This document shows, piece by piece, positions 20,687 through 29,390 of a stretch of DNA of 64,000 bases (its first letter is position 1; every line of letters starts with the position of its first letter). The notes below the pieces were generated by a model. That model ran no database searches, had not been told where the DNA came from, and saw only the letters and a list, made by a program, of their open reading frames with translations. The translations under genes were made by a program, and so were the position numbers. Source of the DNA: an uncultured Planctomycetaceae bacterium (GTDB lineage: Bacteria > Planctomycetota > Planctomycetia > Isosphaerales > Isosphaeraceae); contig CAWIAD010000002.1 in assembly GCA_963833985.1 (NCBI GenBank), forward strand, positions 6,048,001 through 6,112,000, written 5' to 3'.

Positions 20687-21732
20687 TCGTGAACTTTTAT
20701 CTGATGAATTCAATAAGCCGATTCCCTAAGACGGTCTACTGCCCAATTGTCGCAATCCTGCTCTCACTTGTCATTTCGTCGCAGGTGCTTGCTCAAGGCG
20801 TGCGGGGCGTCATGGACGACCTCGTGCGCGGCACAGCCCGAGTCGCAGATGACATCCCCGTGAAACGAATCGATGATCTCGTCGCAGAACTATCAAAGTC
20901 TCGCGCCGCACGCGAGGCGATTGATACCGAATTGCGAAAAGCGGGGCGGCTCACTGGAACCGGAGACGCCGTTCGTGGCACGGCCAGGTCTGACGAAGTG
21001 CTGCGGTTGCTGCGATCTGCAACGTCGGAGCTGGACCCGAATGTGATACGTCGCATCGAACAACTCGATGACGCTTCACGCGATGTGGCACTCGTACTTG
21101 CCAGGGGTGGCGAAGAATTCACGCGGACGCTCCCAGATCTCGCGACACGGGGCCGACTCTTGCGCGAAGGAGGTGCGGAAACAGTAGGGGCAGTGGGGAT
21201 GTTCGGCCCCGACGCCGCGCGAGCGGCATTGCGGTTGGACGAGGCTATCCGTGGCGGGTCAATCATCGTTAAGGATGGAACTCGCGCTGTCACCCTCGCA
21301 GACTTCGGGAACGTGATGACACGATCAGGCAACGCTTCGTGGCAATTCTGGAAGGAATTCGTTCAACCCCACTGGAAGATCTGGGCGGCCAGTGGCGCAC
21401 TGGCTGCTTATCTCGCGAATCCAGAGTACTTTCAAGACGCCGCCGGCCAACTTACAGAGGCCGGCTTCAAACATCTGACAGAGTTTGCCGGTGAGGTGGC
21501 GGCTGCGGCGATCCGTGGCGTCGGCCAGGGATCGGGAAACGCTGCAGAGAAGGTCACCAGCGCGGCGCAAGACACTTTCCTTCATGGAGACAAGTGGGCC
21601 TACGCAGTCGTCGGAACTCTAGTCTTTCTCGGTGGCGTTTCGCTGCTCTTTCGACGCGTGCGGTATTGGTTGTTCCGGCCCCTCCGCTGGTTGAACCAGA
21701 AGCCTGCGGATTCAAACACATCCAAAACGTGA
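20683..21732 (+). CDS. Operon gene B: hypothetical exported/membrane protein (349 aa)
   Basis: Signal-like IVAILLSLVISSQVLAQG; C-terminal TM WAYAVVGTLVFLGGVSLLF followed by a basic tail. Confidence 0.85.
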   Translation: MIVNFYLMNSISRFPKTVYCPIVAILLSLVISSQVLAQGVRGVMDDLVRGTARVADDIPVKRIDDLVAELSKSRAAREAIDTELRKAGRLTGTGDAVRGTARSDEVLRLLRSATSELDPNVIRRIEQLDDASRDVALVLARGGEEFTRTLPDLATRGRLLREGGAETVGAVGMFGPDAARAALRLDEAIRGGSIIVKDGTRAVTLADFGNVMTRSGNASWQFWKEFVQPHWKIWAASGALAAYLANPEYFQDAAGQLTEAGFKHLTEFAGEVAAAAIRGVGQGSGNAAEKVTSAAQDTFLHGDKWAYAVVGTLVFLGGVSLLFRRVRYWLFRPLRWLNQKPADSNTSKT

Positions 21733-21746
21733 TTTGGGAGATTGAT

Positions 21747-24335
21747 TTGACTGCAGATGTAGATTCTCCTGAACAGGTCTATCGCCTCGCGCTGTATGGT
21801 GTCCGGGCATCCGGAAAGACTTGCATACTGTCTGCACTCTCGCTGCCTCGCGTCGCTAACCCCAAAGGATTCTCGTGCTCCTGGATTGAGCAAGTTCCAG
21901 GGCATGCGTTCCCAACGGGTGACCCGACCACATGGACGACTGATGACCCGTTCCACGCCGGCTGGAAATGGCTCAACGAGCAACGGTGTCGCCTCAAGCG
22001 CGGCGAAATTCCTGCTCCAAACCCAAACCGCGAAGAGCCAATGCGGTTTCTGTTCGATTTCGGGTCACGCGACCACGGAACACGGCATATCGAACTGATC
22101 GATTATTCTGGGGAACTTGTCACCGCTTCTGCCAGTGAATTGGCCGCGAAGCTGCGTGACCACATGCAAGTCTGTGACGGACTCCTCGTCTTAGCGGAAG
22201 TGCCGTACCCTGGCAGAGATCACGCACCACTTGCTGACGATCTGGAGAAACTCAAGGGCGCGTTCTTATTGCTGCTGAACGGGCGTGACACCAGCCCAAG
22301 GCAAGACTGGCCGATCGCACTGCTCTTCAACAAGTGGGACCGTCGTGCCGATGCGGATTGCGACAGGCACGCCGAAGACCAGCAATTGATCGAAGAATTT
22401 CTCAATCAATCCCCTCCACCGCCGCAGTCGTCACTGATCGACACGATTACGAATGCCGTCAGTGACGATAATACTCGCTGCTTCCCAGTGAGCGCATTCG
22501 GCGCACACGAGATTCGAGGCGATGGACAAGAGGTTCCTCGACTCAATGGAACATCGCTGAAGTCACGAGGACTTGAGGACGGATTCGTTTGGGTCGCCGA
22601 TCGCTGTGATACAATCCGAGTGGAACGTCTCGAGGATGCTGCCAACGATACTTCCTGGTGGGCTTTCCCTCAGATCGTCTTCGGAAGGAAAGCCACAGCC
22701 GTTCGAACACTCGCATCCTCGTGGACCATGTGGTTTTGCGGTGTATCTGCGGCGTCCGCAATCTCAGCCGCCTGGCAACTTCGTCGACGTTTCCCGAAGA
22801 AAAGTCCTCTCCGCACTCGAACCATCGGAGCTTTGCGCAAGCTGTGGTGGAAATTCATCAGCCAGGTGGCCGTCTGCTTAATCGTACTGCTGGCGATTTT
22901 CTTCGGCATCGAGACCACTCTCGATGAAATCAATTATCGCGGCATTCTCGCAACTCGGGATGATCCGAGCGCAGAGGCCAAGCAACTGCAGCTTGGTGAA
23001 ACTTGGCTTGAGCACTATTTCGTCTCGCCGAGTTATCGACATTGGCTTTCATGCCAAACGATTCTTGACCGTTCGGATGCCCATAGTCTGCTCGTGCGAT
23101 TTCGAACACGGCGCGACGAAACTCTCTGGATGTCGGTTACCAATGCCGAGAATCCACACACACGACTGATCCTTGCCCGCAAGTACCTTGATGCGTTCCC
23201 GGCGGGATTGCACCAATCTGAAGCCCAGACAGTTGTCGCGGACGCTGATCGGCAGGAGATGCAGCACAAGAACGAAGAGTACCTGGCACAAATTGCGCTG
23301 AAGATCGACGCCATTTCGGCGAACGCAAATACACAGCTTGATGTCCTTCACAGTCTGAACGAGCAAGTGGGAACAATTCCACATCCCGAAGCGTCATCGA
23401 CATCGATTGAAACGCGCCAGGACGAGTTGAGAGGGCGCATTGCCCAGAAACAGACGGAAGTGGCCGAAGCCGTCAGACAAGCCGGCTGGGAGAAGTTCAA
23501 GCAGAGTTACTTCTCACTGATGCAGAACAAAAGTGTCGGCGATGCGGCGAGAGAGCTTGGATCTCGTGTTCCAAAGGACGCCGACTTACAGCTTCTCGTT
23601 GCGGACTTTACAAAACAAGCCCCGGCGATCATTCACGGGAAGGTGCAGGACGCACTAAAAAATCGCTCTTGGCAGATCGCCCGTGATTCTGCTCGATTGA
23701 TCACCAACCCGAATGTGGTGAAGCTACTTCCGGCGTCTTCCATCAAGGATCTTCAAAAGCTCGGAGAAGAGATTGACATCGCTGAAGATCGTGACCTTTA
23801 TGCTCAGATCAGGCGATACAAGCCGCAGTGCGGAGACCAGATTGATGCGTACCTCTCGCGAGCCCCTTTGAAGGCGATGAAAGTCGAAGTTGAGAAGTAC
23901 CGCCATTATGTTAATGCAATGAAAGAGCCCTTGGATCTGACACTCAGCCTGACCGCAATCCAATGGCACGACAAGTACTGGGCATGGCGCGTCAACTACT
24001 ACAATGACGTGACGGTTCAAGTCAGAGGAAAGCCATCGATCACGGCAACACGCGTACTGAGCAAGCCAAACACCCGAAGCGCCGATCTTGGCGATGGAAA
24101 GATAAATGCAGGCTTTAATGAGACCATTACCATCGATGTCTCAGTCGTGGCGAAATATGGATGGGTGGGCACGTCAACGATGTCCGGCGGTTCTGGAAGC
24201 TGGTCAGGCACCACAAATCAGCTTCGATCAGGAGTCACAATCGACCTCAACGGAGACGGATTCACGAACAAGGCCACGTTTTCGCTGACGGGGATTCCGC
24301 CCGAGCCACCACTGCCAGACTGGAAGATGCGATGA
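21747..24335 (+). CDS. Operon gene C: TRAFAC-class P-loop GTPase with a TM helix and a large C-terminal region
   Basis: G1 LYGVRASGKT, G3 LIDYSGE, G4 LLFNKWD, G5 FPVSAFG; TM QVAVCLIVLLAIFFGI. Probable TTG start at 21747 after GGGAG. Confidence 0.85.
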   Translation: MTADVDSPEQVYRLALYGVRASGKTCILSALSLPRVANPKGFSCSWIEQVPGHAFPTGDPTTWTTDDPFHAGWKWLNEQRCRLKRGEIPAPNPNREEPMRFLFDFGSRDHGTRHIELIDYSGELVTASASELAAKLRDHMQVCDGLLVLAEVPYPGRDHAPLADDLEKLKGAFLLLLNGRDTSPRQDWPIALLFNKWDRRADADCDRHAEDQQLIEEFLNQSPPPPQSSLIDTITNAVSDDNTRCFPVSAFGAHEIRGDGQEVPRLNGTSLKSRGLEDGFVWVADRCDTIRVERLEDAANDTSWWAFPQIVFGRKATAVRTLASSWTMWFCGVSAASAISAAWQLRRRFPKKSPLRTRTIGALRKLWWKFISQVAVCLIVLLAIFFGIETTLDEINYRGILATRDDPSAEAKQLQLGETWLEHYFVSPSYRHWLSCQTILDRSDAHSLLVRFRTRRDETLWMSVTNAENPHTRLILARKYLDAFPAGLHQSEAQTVVADADRQEMQHKNEEYLAQIALKIDAISANANTQLDVLHSLNEQVGTIPHPEASSTSIETRQDELRGRIAQKQTEVAEAVRQAGWEKFKQSYFSLMQNKSVGDAARELGSRVPKDADLQLLVADFTKQAPAIIHGKVQDALKNRSWQIARDSARLITNPNVVKLLPASSIKDLQKLGEEIDIAEDRDLYAQIRRYKPQCGDQIDAYLSRAPLKAMKVEVEKYRHYVNAMKEPLDLTLSLTAIQWHDKYWAWRVNYYNDVTVQVRGKPSITATRVLSKPNTRSADLGDGKINAGFNETITIDVSVVAKYGWVGTSTMSGGSGSWSGTTNQLRSGVTIDLNGDGFTNKATFSLTGIPPEPPLPDWKMR

Positions 24336-25876
24336 ACGGCCTTGCGCTCTTCGCTGAAACACCGCGGGCCGGGGAGTTGGGCCACCGCTTTCTTGTGCCC
24401 TTCAATCTTTCAGTTTCGGAGTCAGAGGTTGCCGAGTTCGTTCAAGTCGCTGACAGTGACCTTTCAGTTGGCGAGAACTTTGTTGCCATTGGGCGCAAGG
24501 TTCCCCAGCGTAGCGCCGCAGGCGCAATTCGAGAAGGCCGTGAGGTCGTGGTCTTGGCGGGCATCGATGTGACACGTGTCTCCGCGCACGACTTGGCCCG
24601 GATCGTGATGTCTCTTCAAGAGTGCCTGGACAAACTTGATCAACTCGTGAGCGGCGGACTCGACTGGAATTCCATTACAGCGGGGGAAGTGATAGTCCGG
24701 CGGAAGGAGTTGCGAGATTGGCTGGACGTTCTATCGACCGTTCCTATCTCAGTAACCGAATGGCGTAATGGCCCTCGCCACCTAAGCACCATGAGGGCGA
24801 CGCCTTCACAGCAACTGCACGCCCCCATTTTCATGGTAAAGTGGCGCACGAGCCTCCTGGCGTTGTTGGCGTTCGCATTGGGAATTGCTGGAGGCGTTTC
24901 CTTCGTTAAGTTCCACTTTCTTGGCAATGCGTTGACTCAACGTGACCAGACAACCACAAACGACGATATCGCCTCACCTTCAGACGAACCCAAGCGACGT
25001 CCAAAGTCGGCCCCGGGATCCACCGTTCCAATAAGTCGTCCAGGCGGCGTGTCTGTGGACAATGCTGATGTACTTCGAAAAGCAGTTCAGACCGGTAAGG
25101 TCGATGCACTCGTGGACATTCTCACTTTGCTGCCCAGCAATGGCAGCATCGCGGCGGAGGATTTCCACGCCTTGATCGAGTTTTCCACAGGGCTCGTGGA
25201 AAAGAGTCGTTTCGACGATGGCGTGCGGATCGTCACACAGCTAATCAGGCTTCAGGGCGCACAGTCGCTCGACCAGTCAGCGGTCGCTCGGATAGAGGAT
25301 TTGCAGAGGAAGGCAAGTGAGGGGTGCGAGTCGATCAACCAACAAGACCGCCGTCTGTATGAGTCTGTGCGTGAATCCACGGACGAGCAGCAAGTTGGCG
25401 CTGCACGGCGCTATCTCGAACGCGGACCACGGCAGTCCATGTCTCAGCCTGTCAAACGCTGGATCGAGTGGGCAGAAAAGACAGTTGATGCTGAGGTGGT
25501 CCGTGTAGACCTGCAAACAGACGTACCATTGACAATCAAGTTTGCGGCCAACAAGCGAGAGATCGGCTATAGACTGGAATCTGTTGACGTCATTGCGAAT
25601 TCGCGCCCGTTGGCATTTGTTATGACGCACATTGGAATTACGCGACAACGACTGCCGGCTTCCGTTCAGGTCATAGTCGAGGCTGATAACGCCGCTCACC
25701 TGCGAGCGCCCTCGCGTTTCGTGGGCGATTTTCAAATAGGGACACGGTCGAAAGGTGTCACTCAAGTATTGTTGCAATCGGCCGGAGTACCACGACAAAC
25801 GGGGGCGATTAGCATTCGATTTCCATTACTTCAAGACACTCCCGAACTGCCCGAATGGAAAGAGGTCTTGCCATGA
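24332..25876 (+). CDS. Operon gene D: hypothetical single-pass membrane protein
   Basis: ATG 24332 overlaps the gene C stop (ATGA); begins MNGLALFAETPRAGELGHRFL; TM SLLALLAFALGIAGGVSFV. Confidence 0.85.
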   Translation: MNGLALFAETPRAGELGHRFLVPFNLSVSESEVAEFVQVADSDLSVGENFVAIGRKVPQRSAAGAIREGREVVVLAGIDVTRVSAHDLARIVMSLQECLDKLDQLVSGGLDWNSITAGEVIVRRKELRDWLDVLSTVPISVTEWRNGPRHLSTMRATPSQQLHAPIFMVKWRTSLLALLAFALGIAGGVSFVKFHFLGNALTQRDQTTTNDDIASPSDEPKRRPKSAPGSTVPISRPGGVSVDNADVLRKAVQTGKVDALVDILTLLPSNGSIAAEDFHALIEFSTGLVEKSRFDDGVRIVTQLIRLQGAQSLDQSAVARIEDLQRKASEGCESINQQDRRLYESVRESTDEQQVGAARRYLERGPRQSMSQPVKRWIEWAEKTVDAEVVRVDLQTDVPLTIKFAANKREIGYRLESVDVIANSRPLAFVMTHIGITRQRLPASVQVIVEADNAAHLRAPSRFVGDFQIGTRSKGVTQVLLQSAGVPRQTGAISIRFPLLQDTPELPEWKEVLP

Positions 25877-27243
25877 CCGGGCTGGGCCTGATTGTCGAGA
25901 CGCCTCGCGGTGGGAATGCTGGGCATCGCTTCCTGACTTCCCGAAGCAACGCGGGTGAAAAAGAAGTCGCCAGCGCAGCGGCCTCCGCAAGTCAATCTGC
26001 GGTTGGGCGAGCGTATATCTCCGTTTCACGGCAGGTCATTCAGCGGCTTCAAAATGGCTCGGTTCGTGAAGGTGCCGAACGGATGATATTGCATGGTCTC
26101 GACGTTGACCAACTTCAGCCCGAGCAGATCGAACAGGTCAAAATAGAGTTGACCACGCTTCTCCTATCGCTCGACAGCCTAATTCAGTCAATCGAATGGC
26201 CGTCTGATAGCCAGTCAACTGTGATCTTTCGCGAAGAGCTACGGCAGTGGGTTGACCGCGAAGTGTTTCGACATTTGCCCCGCTCGCGCTTGACTGCTTC
26301 CAGTGGCGTCCAAGATTCTGTGCCGCCCTCTCGATCCCAGTGGAAATGGTTAATCATCGGCACCTGCACTCTGGCCAGTATTATAGTGCTTTCGTTGTTT
26401 CTTGGGCGTCACGGTGGCAAATCTGAAATCGGGACTAACCAGAAGCTGTCCCCCCCATTGATCCATAACGAATCGAGAGTTCGGGAATTGGCAAGCGAGT
26501 GGCAATGTACTCCCGAAGAGGCCCTGAGTTCACTGATGCGTGCGAGCAACTGGGACCGGCGACGAGAAGCTGACAGCCTGACCTTATCAGCCGGAATGAC
26601 CGACGGTGAGATTCTTGAAATCCTCAACAAGGTCGAAGCAAGCAAGGGTTCGGATCGGTTTTGCGTCTCGCCAAGCATTGAAGGCGTTGTTGATTTCCGC
26701 CGGTTTGTAGAGGAGAGTACCTCGCTATCTGCTGAAAAAATGAGACACCGCCGTAACTGGCTATATTCTACTTGGATGCAGTTTACAGTTCTTAAGCAGG
26801 CTGCTGAAAAAGTCCATGACGCTCTGATTCAAGTGGGGACTGAGGACGCGTTCTCGCGAATGCTCGTCTCCGTTGCGGAAGTCCAAACAGAAGTTGGCCT
26901 AGGGGATACTTTTCAGAAGCCGGTGACGCCGTTGCTTGAAAGGCAAGACTTGATGATCTTCCGACTGCTGGACGACGTGCGACAGAAATGTGCTGCAGCC
27001 GGGTTCGATCAGTTCGGCACCGAAGGAAGGGGCGGCATGGCCGCCGCAGGCGAGTTAGTGACGTTTGTTGCGGAGTTGCGAGTGCATCATGAATCGGTGC
27101 GTAACGCGCTTAGAATGAGTCGCGCGAGACTCACAGATTCAATTCGCGACAAGCAAGGTGCGAACAACGCGAGCGCGGTGTTTGAAGCTTACAAGTCTTT
27201 CGAGGAGTTCCTTGAGCAGCTTTTGAAGAATCCGAATCCTTAG
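25873..27243 (+). CDS. Operon gene E: hypothetical single-pass membrane protein, N-terminus paralogous to gene D
   Basis: ATG 25873 overlaps the gene D stop (ATGA); begins MTGLGLIVETPRGGNAGHRFL; TM WLIIGTCTLASIIVLSLFLG. Confidence 0.85.
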   Translation: MTGLGLIVETPRGGNAGHRFLTSRSNAGEKEVASAAASASQSAVGRAYISVSRQVIQRLQNGSVREGAERMILHGLDVDQLQPEQIEQVKIELTTLLLSLDSLIQSIEWPSDSQSTVIFREELRQWVDREVFRHLPRSRLTASSGVQDSVPPSRSQWKWLIIGTCTLASIIVLSLFLGRHGGKSEIGTNQKLSPPLIHNESRVRELASEWQCTPEEALSSLMRASNWDRRREADSLTLSAGMTDGEILEILNKVEASKGSDRFCVSPSIEGVVDFRRFVEESTSLSAEKMRHRRNWLYSTWMQFTVLKQAAEKVHDALIQVGTEDAFSRMLVSVAEVQTEVGLGDTFQKPVTPLLERQDLMIFRLLDDVRQKCAAAGFDQFGTEGRGGMAAAGELVTFVAELRVHHESVRNALRMSRARLTDSIRDKQGANNASAVFEAYKSFEEFLEQLLKNPNP

Positions 27244-27340
27244 CCGGTATGCTTTCGCTGATATCCTCAGCGAACCACCGGGAGCATGGCACACGGCTCG
27301 ACGGTGATGGGCAGCTAGTAACGATACGCGGATTCACAGC

Positions 27341-27530
27341 TCAATGAAAGCTTGGCTCTAGATCCTCGCGGCGTCGCTCCAACGCAAGGCGTTCCTGGAA
27401 CGTCATTGGTTTCGCGGATGATTCGCGTGTCGTCGCTGTCTGGTCGGTAGTGAGGGCTGGTAGGTTGGCTTGCTCGGTTTCTGTAGGGTTGTCGCGGTCG
27501 GCCAATCCAGACGTGTTCGTCCTCGAAGCC
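27341..27530 (-). pseudogene. Second, shorter remnant of the same helicase/methylase-type C-terminal tail
   Basis: KPMTFQERLALERRREDLEPSFH resembles QPMTFQERIAMERQRQDREPSLP at 27874-27945. Confidence 0.5.
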
Positions 27531-27873
27531 AAGCTCCCCGGCATTGCCTCCCCGTGGGCTCTATTCACCGTCGCCGTCGGAGTGTTTCGTCGCGGGGTTC
27601 ACAAGCCCCGCGCCCCTGTGACGAAATTCGACAGAGGCAGAGGTGATGCTTTTCTGCTCTTTCCAGTCCATTCACCAGAGCCGGAGGTGGATTCCGAGCG
27701 GGGGTTCCTTCTACCTGGGCCATCCTGGAGTGCGGGCTGCGGCATATTCTGGTTTTTGCAACCGATTGAGCGAAGGAAGGTGGGGGTCTGGGGGCGGGAA
27801 ACTGGGGCCTCTGGTTCCCGCCCCCGGATGACTGGCGAGCGGTGGCCTTTACCGACGAACGCTCTAGCTGGCC

Positions 27874-28500
27874 TTACGGCAAGCTCGGCTCGCGATCTTG
27901 CCGTTGGCGTTCCATCGCAATTCGCTCCTGAAACGTCATCGGCTGCCCAGCAGTTAAATCATCCCCGGCTGCCGGCGGCGGCTGGAGAACTGATGGTTCC
28001 GGCGAAACATCGCCTTCGACAGGGTGATCCGATGCGAAATTCGCTTCCTGCCGCTTGCGTATGCGAGCGGTGATCGGTTCCTCGGCCGTTGCTTGCTTCG
28101 ACTGAACTCGCTGTGGCGTGGCTTCTATTGTGTTGGCGGCTTTCAGTGCCTTGACCCTCTCGGCCAGTTCCGAAACGGTCGGACCGTCTTCGTTGCTTGC
28201 TTCATGAGCCGTGGCGGATAGACCGGCCTTGAGCTGGTCGCGCAGGCTGGTGAATTCGGATAGGTAGGCGTCGTGTGCGAATGGCTTGCCCAAACGCTCG
28301 CGGTAATCACGCAGCTGCGATTCGGCGATGGCCAGGTCCTGCCGGACGCGCACTCACTCGGAGCCGTAGCCAGTGACCAGGCGTTCGAGGGCGTTCAGCA
28401 CGGCACGCGGCCCCTGGTGGTCGCGCGACAGCGTGGACAGGCGTGTGATCGCGCCTTCCAGAAACACGTCCGGCGGGAATTTGCGGGTGCAGGATCAGGT
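27874..28500 (-). pseudogene. C-terminal relic of a large mobile-element DNA methylase/SNF2-helicase (DarB-like) gene
   Basis: LILHPQ/FPPDVFLEGAITRLSTLSRDHQGPRAVLNALERL...SE*VRVRQDLAIAESQLRDYRERLGKPFAHDAYL has a frameshift, an in-frame TGA (28354-28356) and no 5' part. The family call is from recall of the KPF..E.EL-type tail. Confidence 0.5.
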
Positions 28501-28666
28501 CAATGCAACGGAACGGGTTGTACACCGAATGGCGAAACGGAGGACGGGACTTGAACTGCCTAATGTCTGATCATGAAGCCAATTACGTCAAATCATGCGA
28601 AATCGTGAAGCATCCCCGAGGACCATTGAACTCGATGATCGAGTCGCAAGTCTCGTCTGAACGGGG

Positions 28667-28703
28667 AGAAAGCCCTTCGACGTACTCGTCGAAGGGCGTT
28701 TTC
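28667..28703 (-). terminator. Intrinsic terminator-like hairpin downstream of tRNA-Ser
   Basis: Perfect 11-bp stem GCCCTTCGACG / CGTCGAAGGGC (28672-28697) with a 4-nt loop and short T runs on both strands. Confidence 0.7.
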
Positions 28704-28713
28704 TAAAAACAAG

Positions 28714-28802
28714 CGGAGAGGGTGGGATTCGAACCCACGTCGCAGCTTTCGCCACGAACGGCATTTCCAGTGCCGCACCTTCGGCCTCTCGGTCACCTCT
28801 CC
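28714..28802 (-). tRNA. tRNA-Ser(GGA)
   Basis: GGAGAGG acceptor stem, anticodon arm CGGCA-CTGGAAA-TGCCG, long variable arm, GGTTCGAATCC T-loop, discriminator G. CCA is not encoded. Confidence 0.97.
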
Positions 28803-29390
28803 AGAACGGTCCAAACTTTTGTCTTCCAGGTAGTTGCGTCAGTCCGCTTGCCCCAGGGTTCTTGTGCCGAGCGCGGTCGCGGATCTTGGCGACCCTTTTG
28901 CCGTAATGGGCGTCGGCGATACGGCTTTTTTACCACGAGTGCCGCCCTTGCGTCCAGGAGTTGCGTCGATCCGCACGGAACGTTTTCGCCCGATTCATGA
29001 CCGGCCGGTTCCAAGAGCAGTAACTCGTGCTCCAGCCGCCGGCGCCTCACTTGGAATGCCTGTGATTGCCCTCGGTCCCGGGCAGCCTTGACTGACGGTT
29101 CATCCTTGTGCAACCACTCTCGCTGGCGGCCTTACGATTGGTGAGATCTGCGAGATCTGCGAATTGAGAACTTGAACATCTCGCTCATCGGTTCCTCGGG
29201 TTCGAGAAGGACCCATCCGGTGACATTTTGCGCTTACTGGACAACCTTCAGCTATCCCGATCCTTGCTTGCGGCGATGGGGAAGCATTTCGGGGGGCGCT
29301 CTGTTACGATTGCATTCTCTGAACGAAACAGCCGCTCAGACAAGCCTCCTTGGCACGGAGACGTAACCCCTCGACGAGTTGAGGTGGACG

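Larger units (their letters stand above)
15400..28713. mobile_element. Degenerate genomic island at the 3' end of tRNA-Ser (left boundary uncertain, ~15.4-16.8 kb)
   Basis: Visibly lower GC and different codon usage over ~17-27 kb, a TA pair, an HTH regulator, helicase/methylase relics and adjacency to the tRNA 3' end. No integrase or clear att duplication was found. Confidence 0.6.

Noticed and set aside
21594..21746. Longer N-termini of genes C (21594) and D (24161)
   Set aside because: They overlap upstream genes; RBS position, ATGA coupling and D/E paralogy support starts at 21747 and 24332.
18722..27243. Type VI secretion membrane complex or dynamin pair
   Set aside because: No recognisable TssJ/L, sheath, Hcp or VgrG genes; only one GTPase and no clear dynamin-type motifs. 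A remote relationship cannot be excluded without a profile search.
15593..28356. TGA recoding (alternative genetic code or selenocysteine) from two in-frame TGAs
   Set aside because: Many neighbouring genes, including island genes with ATGA coupling, terminate at TGA; both cases fit pseudogenisation.
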